29,761 bases of DNA, from NCBI GenBank assembly GCA_964432145.1, contig CAYSMU010000002.1:1-29761 (forward strand). Reading direction: 5' to 3'. Shown in pieces: positions 9,214 to 17,457 of this stretch. The notes under the pieces are model-generated. The model ran no database searches. It was not told the DNA's origin and saw only the letters and a program-made list of their open reading frames with translations. A program made the translations under genes and the position numbers. The DNA comes from an uncultured Chloracidobacterium sp. (lineage in GTDB: Bacteria; Acidobacteriota; Blastocatellia; Pyrinomonadales; Pyrinomonadaceae). Position 1 is the stretch's first letter. Each line of letters opens with the position of its first letter.

Positions 9214-9747
9214 ATGCATTGTCCTGGATGCGGACAACAACAGGTTTCAAATGAGACTAAGTTTTGCTCGCGATGCGGACTTCCGCTAAGCGTGGTTGCG
9301 GAGGTGCTGTCTAACGGCGGCTATTTGCCGCAGCTTGCCGAGTTGAATAAGAAGACCACTGTTTTTACGCGGCGCAATGGGATCGCATTCAGCTTGTTAT
9401 GGTGCCTGTTTTTCCTCCTCGTTATGGCTCCGCTGTGGGGTATCGTTAACGTCGATAAACTAGCGGGTGCCTCCGCGGTGATCGGTATCTTCGGCGGGCT
9501 GATAATGTTCATTTCGTCTTTGATCTTTCTGAAGAAGCCCTTTGTATCTTACGGCGATTCACCGTATGTGCAGCCACCTGCACCCTTGTATGGAACGGGG
9601 CAGCAAAATGCTCTTCCGCCGCAGCAGTCGTTCCCCACATCCCAGTATGTTCCCGGGACCGGAAACTGGCGTGATACAAACGACCTACAGCCGGCGAGTG
9701 TCACTGAAAGCACTACTCGCCTGCTTCACGACGACGAGCGGCGTTGA
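9214..9747 (+). CDS. Zinc-ribbon, two-TM membrane protein (paralog 1)
   Basis: CPGC-x11-CSRC, two hydrophobic helices, Pro-rich tail, terminal GNWRDTNDLQPASVTESTTRLL. SD GGAG upstream. Confidence 0.88.
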   Translation: MHCPGCGQQQVSNETKFCSRCGLPLSVVAEVLSNGGYLPQLAELNKKTTVFTRRNGIAFSLLWCLFFLLVMAPLWGIVNVDKLAGASAVIGIFGGLIMFISSLIFLKKPFVSYGDSPYVQPPAPLYGTGQQNALPPQQSFPTSQYVPGTGNWRDTNDLQPASVTESTTRLLHDDERR

Positions 9748-9757
9748 TCTGGAAAAT

Positions 9758-10300
9758 ATGTATTGTCCATCGTGCGGCCAGCAACAAGTATCGATCCAGA
9801 CCAAGTTCTGCTCCCGGTGCGGCATGCCGATGGGCGTGGTAGCCGAGGTCGTGACAAACGGCGGTACGCTGCCGCAGCTTGAGCAGTTGGAGAAATTGAA
9901 CTTCAAAAAACCCTTCTTTTCTAAAAAGAACGGTGTGGTTTTTGGAACGTTCTGGTTTATTTTTCTGACTATGTTCTGCACCGCGTTCTTTGGGATCCTG
10001 GGTGCACCGGAAGAACTTATCGCGATTATCGCCATTTCTGGGGTGTTCGGAGCAATGATGATCATTATCGGTTCATTGGTGCTGCTCCCCAGTTCCAGGC
10101 CGCCTGTCGTAATGCCGTCATCGATGCAGCCATTTTTGGGAGCGGCAGGTTCACATCAGGCGTTGCCGCCGCAGCAATCGGTCCCCGCGTCGGTCTATGG
10201 AGCCCCGCAAGCCGGCAGTTGGCGCGACACCAACGACCTCCAGCCCACTAGCGTGACTGAGAATACAACGAGACTCCTTGAAGAAAAGGATAGGCGTTAG
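9758..10300 (+). CDS. Zinc-ribbon, two-TM membrane protein (paralog 2)
   Basis: Start reassigned to the ATG at 9758 by alignment with its paralogs (MYCPSCGQ...FCSRCG). Terminal GSWRDTNDLQPTSVTENTTRLL. Confidence 0.88.
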   Translation: MYCPSCGQQQVSIQTKFCSRCGMPMGVVAEVVTNGGTLPQLEQLEKLNFKKPFFSKKNGVVFGTFWFIFLTMFCTAFFGILGAPEELIAIIAISGVFGAMMIIIGSLVLLPSSRPPVVMPSSMQPFLGAAGSHQALPPQQSVPASVYGAPQAGSWRDTNDLQPTSVTENTTRLLEEKDRR

Positions 10301-10302
10301 TT

Positions 10303-10857
10303 ATGTTTTGCCCCCAGTGCGGACAGGAAAGGATCTCGATGGACACGAACTATTGTTCGCGGTGCGGATTTTTGCTGGTTGCGGTCGGCGAACTCCTACA
10401 CACCGGCGGCCAAAGCCCGATTGCCAGTCCAAATCCGGCGTCAGGCCTTCAATCACCGAGAAAACGCGGTCTTAAACAAGGGCTTTTCCTGTTCCTGCTG
10501 ACTTTTTTGGTAGCACCATTGATGGGTATGGTCTCCCTCGCTCTCGATATAGAGCCATTTCTTGTCGGGATAGCGGTGATCGTTTGTTTTATCGGAGGGC
10601 TGCTGCGGATGGTTTATGCGTTGATGTTCGAGGAAGCCTATGCAACAAATGCGACGTCGGACAATTTTCTCGATGCCGCTAAGCACCACCTTAACCGGGC
10701 TGCTTCAGCAGGAGCATTGCCGCCCCAGAAGTCGACTCCCGTATCTGCCTACACCGCTCCAAAAACCGGAAACTGGCGTGATACCAATGACCTCCAGCCC
10801 ACAAGTGTCGTCGAGGGAACGACAAAACTGCTTGAGAAGGACGAATTATCTCAATAA
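10303..10857 (+). CDS. Zinc-ribbon, two-TM membrane protein (paralog 3)
   Basis: MFCPQCGQ...YCSRCG, two TM helices, terminal GNWRDTNDLQPTSVVEGTTKLL. Starts after a 2-nt gap from paralog 2. Confidence 0.88.
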   Translation: MFCPQCGQERISMDTNYCSRCGFLLVAVGELLHTGGQSPIASPNPASGLQSPRKRGLKQGLFLFLLTFLVAPLMGMVSLALDIEPFLVGIAVIVCFIGGLLRMVYALMFEEAYATNATSDNFLDAAKHHLNRAASAGALPPQKSTPVSAYTAPKTGNWRDTNDLQPTSVVEGTTKLLEKDELSQ

Positions 10858-12587
10858 CCGACCGCCAGGCCATCGCTTCGCGAGTCTATCGCACCTAACC
10901 GCACACCTTTCTGATCGACCATAATGCCGGTCGCCGACGCTATATAGCCCGGACGCTCGGAAAACTTGTGACCGTAAGCTGACAGCACAGAGATCGTGTC
11001 GGGCGACATTCCATAGGGCTCGTACATCAGCTCATCCGGAAGCCACTGATGATGGACCCGCGGGGCATCGATCGCCTCCTGGATGTCCATGCCAAAATCG
11101 ATCACATTCATTACCGTCTGCATAACGGCCGAGATTATCCTCGGGCCGCCGCGTGCTCCGAGCGCGAACCAGAACGACCCGTCCTTGCGAAGCACTATCG
11201 TCGGCGTCATCGAGTAAAGCGGACGCTTGCCGCCCTCGACCTTGTTCCGTTCGCCCTGCACGAGACCAAAGAGGTTCGCACGTCCGGGCCGCGCGGCAAA
11301 ATCGTCCATCTCGTCGTTCAGCAGAACTCCGGTTCCTTTCGCCGTTACACGCGAGCCGTAGAGGTCATTGATGGTGTAAGTATTGGTAACGACGGTCCCA
11401 TCCCGATCGACGACGGTAAAATGCGTCGTGTCCATCGATTCGCTGCCGACAGGTTCGCCAAACCTGATATCTTTACTAGTTGACGCCTTTTTCAGATCTA
11501 TCGACGCTCGCCGTTGTTCGGCGTATTTTTTATCTATGAGCTTGGTAAACGGGACCTCCGCGAAATCAGGATCGCCCATATATTCCGCCCGATCGGCAAA
11601 TGCTCTTCGCATCGCCTCAACGAGCACGTGATATTTGGCGGAGGAGTTATGCTGCATCTTAGCAATGTCATAGCCCTCGAGCATATTGAGAACATTGAGC
11701 ATCACGACACCTCCCGAACTCGGCGGCGGCATGGTGATGATCTCGTGGCCGCGATACGTGCCTCGCAAGGGCGTACGCTCCTTTGCCACGTAGTTCCTCA
11801 GATCGTCTTCCGTGATCAGTCCGCCGTTCGCTTTCATATCCGCCGCAATGAGTTTCGCCGTCCGGCCTGTGTAAAACTCGCGTGCGCCGAAGCGTTCAAT
11901 ACGGCCGAGTGTCGCCGCCAGCTCAGGCTGACGAAACACGTCGCCCTCGCTAAAATATTTCCCTCCATTCAAAAATATCCGTTTGCTCTCGGGGTATTTT
12001 GACAATGTGTCCTTGTAGGCTTTGAATAGTTCGGCGAGGCGGTTCGACAGCACGTAACCATTCTGCGCGACCACTCGCGATGGACGGACGAGATCTGCCC
12101 ACGTGATCTTGCCCGAACCATATTTCTTGAATGCAAGATCAAACCCCGCAAGTGTTCCCGGCACGCCCGACGCACGATAGCCCACGGTCGACGAGCCTTC
12201 GCCGCGGATGAGATTTCCCTGTTTATCCACAAAGACATCGCGGGTCGCCGCCTTCGGCGCCATTTCCCGATAATCGATAGCAAACGCCTCGCCGTTTTGC
12301 TTTCTGATGAGCATAAAACCGCCGCCGCCGATATTCCCCGCCTCTGGATAAACAACAGCGAGAGCGATCCCGACCGCGATCGCCGCGTCCACGGCATTGC
12401 CGCCGCGCTTTAGCACGTCGACACCGATCTTCGACGCCAGTTCGTGCTGCGAGGCAACCATTGCGTGCCGCCCGCGGACGGGAGCCGGAGCGGCATGTAT
12501 CGAGACCGTACCAAACGGAACGACACCGACCAGAAACGAGAACGCGATCAACCCGGTGACCGCTATTCGATTTAGCCTTGATCTCAT
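10851..12587 (-). CDS. ggt: Gamma-glutamyltransferase, secreted
   Basis: Signal peptide; GGNAVDAA, GNIGGGGF, DYREMAP, PPPSSGG, autocatalytic TTHFTVVD, NDEMDDF, KRPLYSMTP, GARGG. Confidence 0.96.
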   Translation of the reverse strand: MRSRLNRIAVTGLIAFSFLVGVVPFGTVSIHAAPAPVRGRHAMVASQHELASKIGVDVLKRGGNAVDAAIAVGIALAVVYPEAGNIGGGGFMLIRKQNGEAFAIDYREMAPKAATRDVFVDKQGNLIRGEGSSTVGYRASGVPGTLAGFDLAFKKYGSGKITWADLVRPSRVVAQNGYVLSNRLAELFKAYKDTLSKYPESKRIFLNGGKYFSEGDVFRQPELAATLGRIERFGAREFYTGRTAKLIAADMKANGGLITEDDLRNYVAKERTPLRGTYRGHEIITMPPPSSGGVVMLNVLNMLEGYDIAKMQHNSSAKYHVLVEAMRRAFADRAEYMGDPDFAEVPFTKLIDKKYAEQRRASIDLKKASTSKDIRFGEPVGSESMDTTHFTVVDRDGTVVTNTYTINDLYGSRVTAKGTGVLLNDEMDDFAARPGRANLFGLVQGERNKVEGGKRPLYSMTPTIVLRKDGSFWFALGARGGPRIISAVMQTVMNVIDFGMDIQEAIDAPRVHHQWLPDELMYEPYGMSPDTISVLSAYGHKFSERPGYIASATGIMVDQKGVRLGAIDSRSDGLAVGY

Positions 12588-12741
12588 ATCCGAAACTCTA
12601 ACAAATCAATCTTTCTCGACCAAACCCGGCAAGCCGTGGAATAACGCTTTCTTATTTGACCTAAAAGAGTTATAGTCAGGGTTTTGAAAGCCATTAGGCC
12701 TTCCAAAACGATGATGGACGACGGCAGTAGTAGAAAGGGCA

Positions 12742-14043
12742 ATGTTTGGCTTTTCCCCGAAAAAGTTCATTCAGAGGGTGCGCGGTTCGCGCACGCGCCT
12801 TCGCCGCAGTCTGTCTGAGTATCGCTTCTTTGCATACCTTGCCGTACTTGGACCCGGAATAATCGCCGCAAATGCTGGTAACGACGCCAGCGGAATTGCC
12901 ACTTACTCGACAGTAGGTGCCGAGTTTGGCTATTCCCTGCTTTGGGTATTTGTCCCGATGGTGATCAGCCTGATCGTCGTGCAGGAAATGTGCGTCCGAA
13001 TGGGCGTTGTGACCGGCCAGGGCCTCGCTGATCTTATTCGCGAACAGTTCGGCGTCCGCTGGACGGCGGTCGTCATGCTCGCTCTCCTGATCGCAAATAC
13101 CGGGGTCATCATTTCCGAATTCGTTGGGATCGCCCAGGCGTCCGAATTATTCGGCATCCCACGTTATCTTACGATCCCCGTCACCGCCACCCTGATCTGG
13201 TGGCTCGTGGTCAAGGGCACCCAAAAGCGGGTAGAACGCGTATTTCTGGCAATGTCGCTCGTTTTTCTGACTTATATCGCGTCGGCGTTTCTCGCAAGGC
13301 CCGATTGGGGCTCGGTCGGCGAGGGTTTTTACAAACCGACGCTCAGTCACGAGGTCAACTATTTATTTATGATATTGGCGTTGATCGGCACGACGATCAC
13401 ACCGTTCATGCAGGTATACGTCCAGTCCTCGGTCGTAGAGAAACGAATGGACGAAGAGGACCTTCCGGTTGTAAGAGCCGACGTCGTCGTGGGTACCTTG
13501 TTTGCCTGTGCGATCGCTTCGTTTATCGTCATCTCTGCGGGCGCGACCCTTCATTTTCAAGGAATAACTACGATCGACTCTGCGGCAACCGCGGCAGAGG
13601 CATTTGAGCCCGTGGCCGGAACCTACGCAAAGTACCTTTTCGGTATCGGGCTCTTCGGGGCGGCAATGCTCGCGATGGGTGTGCTTCCTCTCGCAACCGC
13701 ATACAGCCTGAGTGAAGCCCTCGGTTTTGAGAAGGGCTTGTCGCGTTCATTTCGCGAGGCCCCGATATTTCTCGGGATCTTTACGTCGCTCATTGTCATC
13801 GGCGCTCTTGTGGCCCTTATTCCGGGCATCCCGCAGATCCGCCTTCTTTTGTTTACTCAAGGCATCAACGGCCTTCTCCTCCCCGTTCTGCTAATTGCTA
13901 TCGTATCGCTCGCCAGCAATCCTGAGATCATGGGAAAGCGGCGAAACACTCCTGTCTATAATCTCTTTGCGTGGACAATAACCGCGGTGGTTTCCCTTCT
14001 CTCGCTGGCTTTGATTGGAAAGGCGATTGCTGATATGTTTTAG
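12742..14043 (+). CDS. NRAMP-family transporter, NRAMP-related Mg2+ transporter (NRMT)-like clade
   Basis: GPGIIAANAGNDASGIATYS (canonical DPGN replaced), FGYSLLW, VQEMCVRMGVVTGQGLADLIRE, IGTTITP; about 11 TM segments. Confidence 0.88.
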   Translation: MFGFSPKKFIQRVRGSRTRLRRSLSEYRFFAYLAVLGPGIIAANAGNDASGIATYSTVGAEFGYSLLWVFVPMVISLIVVQEMCVRMGVVTGQGLADLIREQFGVRWTAVVMLALLIANTGVIISEFVGIAQASELFGIPRYLTIPVTATLIWWLVVKGTQKRVERVFLAMSLVFLTYIASAFLARPDWGSVGEGFYKPTLSHEVNYLFMILALIGTTITPFMQVYVQSSVVEKRMDEEDLPVVRADVVVGTLFACAIASFIVISAGATLHFQGITTIDSAATAAEAFEPVAGTYAKYLFGIGLFGAAMLAMGVLPLATAYSLSEALGFEKGLSRSFREAPIFLGIFTSLIVIGALVALIPGIPQIRLLLFTQGINGLLLPVLLIAIVSLASNPEIMGKRRNTPVYNLFAWTITAVVSLLSLALIGKAIADMF

Positions 14044-14051
14044 CTCTGTTT

Positions 14052-15563
14052 ATGGCCTCGGAAATCCAGAAAAAGGTATTTTTCTTTGTTACTTTTGCGG
14101 CACTCTGCATACTTGCTCTACTTCTCTTCCCGGTCCTGCAGGACGCCATAAGGCTTTCCCTCGCCGGCAGAATGGGGATAGAGATCAATACGGATTGGAA
14201 GATCGTCCAATCGTCCGCCGAATCCGACAAGATGATCAGCGCAACGCTGAACATCGTCGGCACTCTGTTGAAGCTCGGCCCGGTCATTCTGGGCATGGCA
14301 CTGGTCATCGCTACGGTCCGATTCATCACCTATGTCATTACAAAGACCTTCTATCGAACTGCGGCTCAGGGCGAGATCTCGTCCCTGCTTAAGACCGTTC
14401 TTTCGGTGATCGTTTACATTGTCTCGTTTTTCATAATTTTCCAGTCTCAGTTCCCGACTGTTGAACTCACTGCCTTGTTCACCGGTTCGACGATCATTGG
14501 TATTGTTGTCGGTCTTGCGTTACAGGATACGCTGGGCAATCTCTTTGCCGGTCTCGCCTTGCAGGCCGACCAGCCCTTCCAGGTCGGAGACGTTGTATTG
14601 CTCCCCGGCCGCGGCGAAGGTGTGGTAGAGGCGGTTTCATGGCGTGGAGTTAAGATCCGCACTTTCCAGAATAAGCTGCTCGTCGTAAGCAATTCCGTAC
14701 TCGGCAAAGAGCTGATCGAGGTCGCACCTAAGGACAATCTGAACGCGCGGGCTGTTTTTTTCAATACGCTCTATACCCATTCACCTGCCCGTACGATACA
14801 GGTGGTACGCGAGGCAGTTCGGCAGGTCGACAATGTCTCGTCAAAGATGCGGCCCGTGGTCCGTATCCGTAATCTTGGTGCCGACGGTATTGATTGGGAG
14901 GTCAAGTATTGGCTCGATGACTATAAACTGCAGCACGATACCGATGCACTCATTCGTCAGCGCATTTGGTATGTCTTTCAACGCGAAAAACTCAGCTTTG
15001 CGTATCCGACGCGTACCGTTTACCGCGAGGAAAAGCCGCCGGAACTCCCGGCCGAGGAAGTGTTCAACACCGTCACGGAACGACTGAACAATGTGTCGAT
15101 CTTTTCACCTTTATCCGACGAAGAGATCGAGCGCCTTGCGAACGCCTCCACGACACGAGTTTACGCCCCCGGCGAAGCTGTTGTTCGTACAGGTCAGGAA
15201 GGCAACTCGATGTATGTAATCATTCGCGGTTCTGTCAAGGTCCAGATAACTGAAAACGATTATCAAAAGACGATCAATACTCTGAAAGAGAATGATTTTT
15301 TCGGAGAGATGAGCCTGCTCACGGGTGAACCGCGAACGGCGAATGTTATCGCGGCCGAGGAGTCTGAGGTATTACGTATAGACAAGTCCGGTCTGAAGCC
15401 GATCTTCGACAGCAATCCTGCACTTGTCGAAGCGATAAGCGAACTGATCGAAGAGCGCCGCCTGCTTCTCACCAAGACCCGCGAAGAATCCGAATCGAAA
15501 GAACACGGCGAACAGGGAAAAGGGATGATGAAGTCGATCCGAAGGTTTTTTGGGATGCGCTGA
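14052..15563 (+). CDS. MscS family mechanosensitive channel with C-terminal cyclic-nucleotide-binding domain
   Basis: GLALQDTLGNLFAGL...PFQVGD (MscS core) and FFGEMSLLTGEPRTANV (cNMP phosphate-binding cassette). Confidence 0.93.
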   Translation: MASEIQKKVFFFVTFAALCILALLLFPVLQDAIRLSLAGRMGIEINTDWKIVQSSAESDKMISATLNIVGTLLKLGPVILGMALVIATVRFITYVITKTFYRTAAQGEISSLLKTVLSVIVYIVSFFIIFQSQFPTVELTALFTGSTIIGIVVGLALQDTLGNLFAGLALQADQPFQVGDVVLLPGRGEGVVEAVSWRGVKIRTFQNKLLVVSNSVLGKELIEVAPKDNLNARAVFFNTLYTHSPARTIQVVREAVRQVDNVSSKMRPVVRIRNLGADGIDWEVKYWLDDYKLQHDTDALIRQRIWYVFQREKLSFAYPTRTVYREEKPPELPAEEVFNTVTERLNNVSIFSPLSDEEIERLANASTTRVYAPGEAVVRTGQEGNSMYVIIRGSVKVQITENDYQKTINTLKENDFFGEMSLLTGEPRTANVIAAEESEVLRIDKSGLKPIFDSNPALVEAISELIEERRLLLTKTREESESKEHGEQGKGMMKSIRRFFGMR

Positions 15564-15585
15564 TCGGGTCACGAGACCTTCTATT

Positions 15586-16413
15586 TCAACCGTTCGAATC
15601 GTATATATCATGCAGCACTTCTGAGATGGTCTTTCGTTCGCGCTTGTCATGCTCGACCTGAGACTTTCTCTTCCTCCGCGGCACCTGGAGATCCGCAAGC
15701 CGGTTCTCTCCGCCGCCATCACTGCTCCGGCCATTCTCTGAACCCGAAGCCTCCGCTTCAGACTCTGTCGGTTCGGTGATCGACGTCCGCTGCTGTCCGG
15801 CATGGCTTTCTTCGCCGGATGCCGTATTCGCCTGGAGCTGAGCGGGAGTGGAAAGCTGCGACCGGCTGAATGCCAGCATCTGCCGGCCTCGATTCTTCCG
15901 GGCACGCTCCAGCGAGCGGATCGCCGCCGAGGTCAAAGGTGATTCCGCGGGCGCACGTTCGATGCGACGCAGAAGGCGCACATACTCGCGAAGCTCGGCG
16001 GGTGGGAAAACTATCGAAAGCTCGTCACTCGCGGGGCCTTCAACCGCGTCAGAAAGGTGCTTTGCCGCCGAACCATGATCGTTCACCCGTTGATAGAGGG
16101 CCCCAAGAGCAAAATGCACCAGCGGCGGGGCCGATGTCATGCTCTTAACGATCGATTCCCCACGCGCGATGACATCCTGAACTTCAAAACCAAACCATCG
16201 CCGGTCGTCATCGCGCAGTATCTCACTGGCAGACAGGTAAAATTCAAAGATCCTCCGCGTTTCCGTCCGCGATTCAGGTGAGAATATCTTCCAGACAAAA
16301 AACGCCAGAACACCAAAAAACACGAACAAAAGCACCGGAAATCCGACGGCAAACAGCATCACGGCGATCACGCCAAAGGCGAGCCCATACTGGCCCTTTT
16401 CCTTGAGCGTCAT
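15586..16413 (-). CDS. Hypothetical membrane-anchored protein
   Basis: N-terminal hydrophobic hairpin, helical/TPR-like middle (VHFALGALYQRVNDHGSAAKHL), low-complexity linker, C-terminal RKTISEVLHDIYD. Start at 16413, or 16446 as in the ORF track. Confidence 0.7.
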   Translation of the reverse strand: MTLKEKGQYGLAFGVIAVMLFAVGFPVLLFVFFGVLAFFVWKIFSPESRTETRRIFEFYLSASEILRDDDRRWFGFEVQDVIARGESIVKSMTSAPPLVHFALGALYQRVNDHGSAAKHLSDAVEGPASDELSIVFPPAELREYVRLLRRIERAPAESPLTSAAIRSLERARKNRGRQMLAFSRSQLSTPAQLQANTASGEESHAGQQRTSITEPTESEAEASGSENGRSSDGGGENRLADLQVPRRKRKSQVEHDKRERKTISEVLHDIYDSNG

Positions 16414-16465
16414 CGACGAACGTTTCTCCAGGCTGGTTTGATTCACACCTTGTTAAGATATCCCT

Positions 16466-16816
16466 TTAGCCCTTTGCGGGGCCTGATCTCGGCGGCCGTT
16501 TTCCGGATGCGGGCTTTGAGGCTGAGCGTCGCTCCTTCTGCTCCGAAGTCGACTTCGAGGTGCTCCCGCCTGAAGCTCCCGCCGACGCCGCGGCCTTTTT
16601 CACTTCATTTTCTAACTTCTCTCCCATCTCATGAATGAATTCCCCTGCCTTTTCCACGGCCTTGGCCGAGGAATTCGCAATGAACGTCAGGGTTTCGCCC
16701 AGCGTAGCCGCCTCCATCCGCAAGAGCGCGGCGATCTTCTCTTCGAGTGACAGGGCTGCAAACTCCTTCTCAAAGCCATGTTTAGGCGCTGAGCCTTTTT
16801 TGTTTTGATCGGTCAT
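16466..16816 (-). CDS. Hypothetical small helical protein
   Basis: 116 aa with SD GGGAGA. Amphipathic helical core and Ser/Lys-rich disordered tail. Confidence 0.7.
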   Translation of the reverse strand: MTDQNKKGSAPKHGFEKEFAALSLEEKIAALLRMEAATLGETLTFIANSSAKAVEKAGEFIHEMGEKLENEVKKAAASAGASGGSTSKSTSEQKERRSASKPASGKRPPRSGPAKG

Positions 16817-16869
16817 TTTCTTACTTCTCCCGTTTCAATGAATTGGCCGCAAATCGCTGCCTTCATTAG

Positions 16870-16898
16870 ACCTAACGCCGCCGGTGCGATAAATGTTC
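16870..16898 (-). promoter_or_regulatory. Candidate ECF sigma promoter (copy 2)
   Basis: Minus strand reads gGAAC-atttatcgcaccggcgg (17 nt)-CGTTAGGT. It lies between the fur stop and the ATG at 16816. Confidence 0.65.
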
Positions 16899-16905
16899 CC
16901 TTACG

Positions 16906-17457
16906 TCACCTCAGCGCGGTCCGGACACGAACCTTGGGCTGAGCTCCGGAGGGTGCGATATTCGCGTCCGATCGCTTCGCCTGGCAATCTGAACACAGCC
17001 CCCACATTCTCAGGCTGTGATGTGTCGGCCGAAAATGGAATTTGTCTGCCATCTCATCCTGTAACGCCTCGATCTCCGGTGAAAAGAACTCGATGACCTT
17101 TCCACATTCGGTGCAGATCATATGATCGTGATGTTCGTGCTCGTAATGGTGTTCGTAGTAGGTCTTGTTATCTCCAAACCGAACTTCCCGGGCGAGTCCG
17201 GCCTCGGTCAGGAGCTTGAGAGTACGGTAAACGGTGGTGAGCCCGACCGAGTCGTCCCGCTTGCGAACAAGGCCGTACAACGCCTCGCTTGTAAGGTGTT
17301 CCTCTGTGCTGAGAAATATCTCGAGGATCAGGTCGCGTTGGCCGGTCCTGCGCAGTCCCGCGGCATGAATGTGCTCATCGAGGATCGCCTTTTCTTTTTC
17401 AAATCTGTCAGGTCTCTTAGCCAATTTCGCCACCTTGCCAAGGCACGATACTACCAT
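16906..17457 (-). CDS. fur: Fur family transcriptional regulator
   Basis: RRTGQRDLIL, VGLTTVYRTLKLL (HTH), HHYEHEHHDHMICTECG and a second CxxC (CSDC). The true start may be the downstream GTG or TTG. Confidence 0.9.
   Translation of the reverse strand: MVVSCLGKVAKLAKRPDRFEKEKAILDEHIHAAGLRRTGQRDLILEIFLSTEEHLTSEALYGLVRKRDDSVGLTTVYRTLKLLTEAGLAREVRFGDNKTYYEHHYEHEHHDHMICTECGKVIEFFSPEIEALQDEMADKFHFRPTHHSLRMWGLCSDCQAKRSDANIAPSGAQPKVRVRTALR

Noticed and set aside
9542-9757. Extended N-terminus of the second zinc-ribbon ORF in the ORF track
   Set aside because: It overlaps paralog 1 in another frame; the paralog alignment fixes the start at 9758. The track starts at 8133 and 24993 were rejected for similar reasons.
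9661-10833. Three similar ~66-nt segments as a CRISPR-like or DNA-level repeat array
   Set aside because: They are in-frame coding segments about 550 nt apart with synonymous divergence, explained by the conserved peptide of the paralogs.
12223-12231. Perfect DnaA box TTATCCACA
   Set aside because: It is a single copy inside the ggt coding sequence (codons for V-D-K), with no cluster or origin context.
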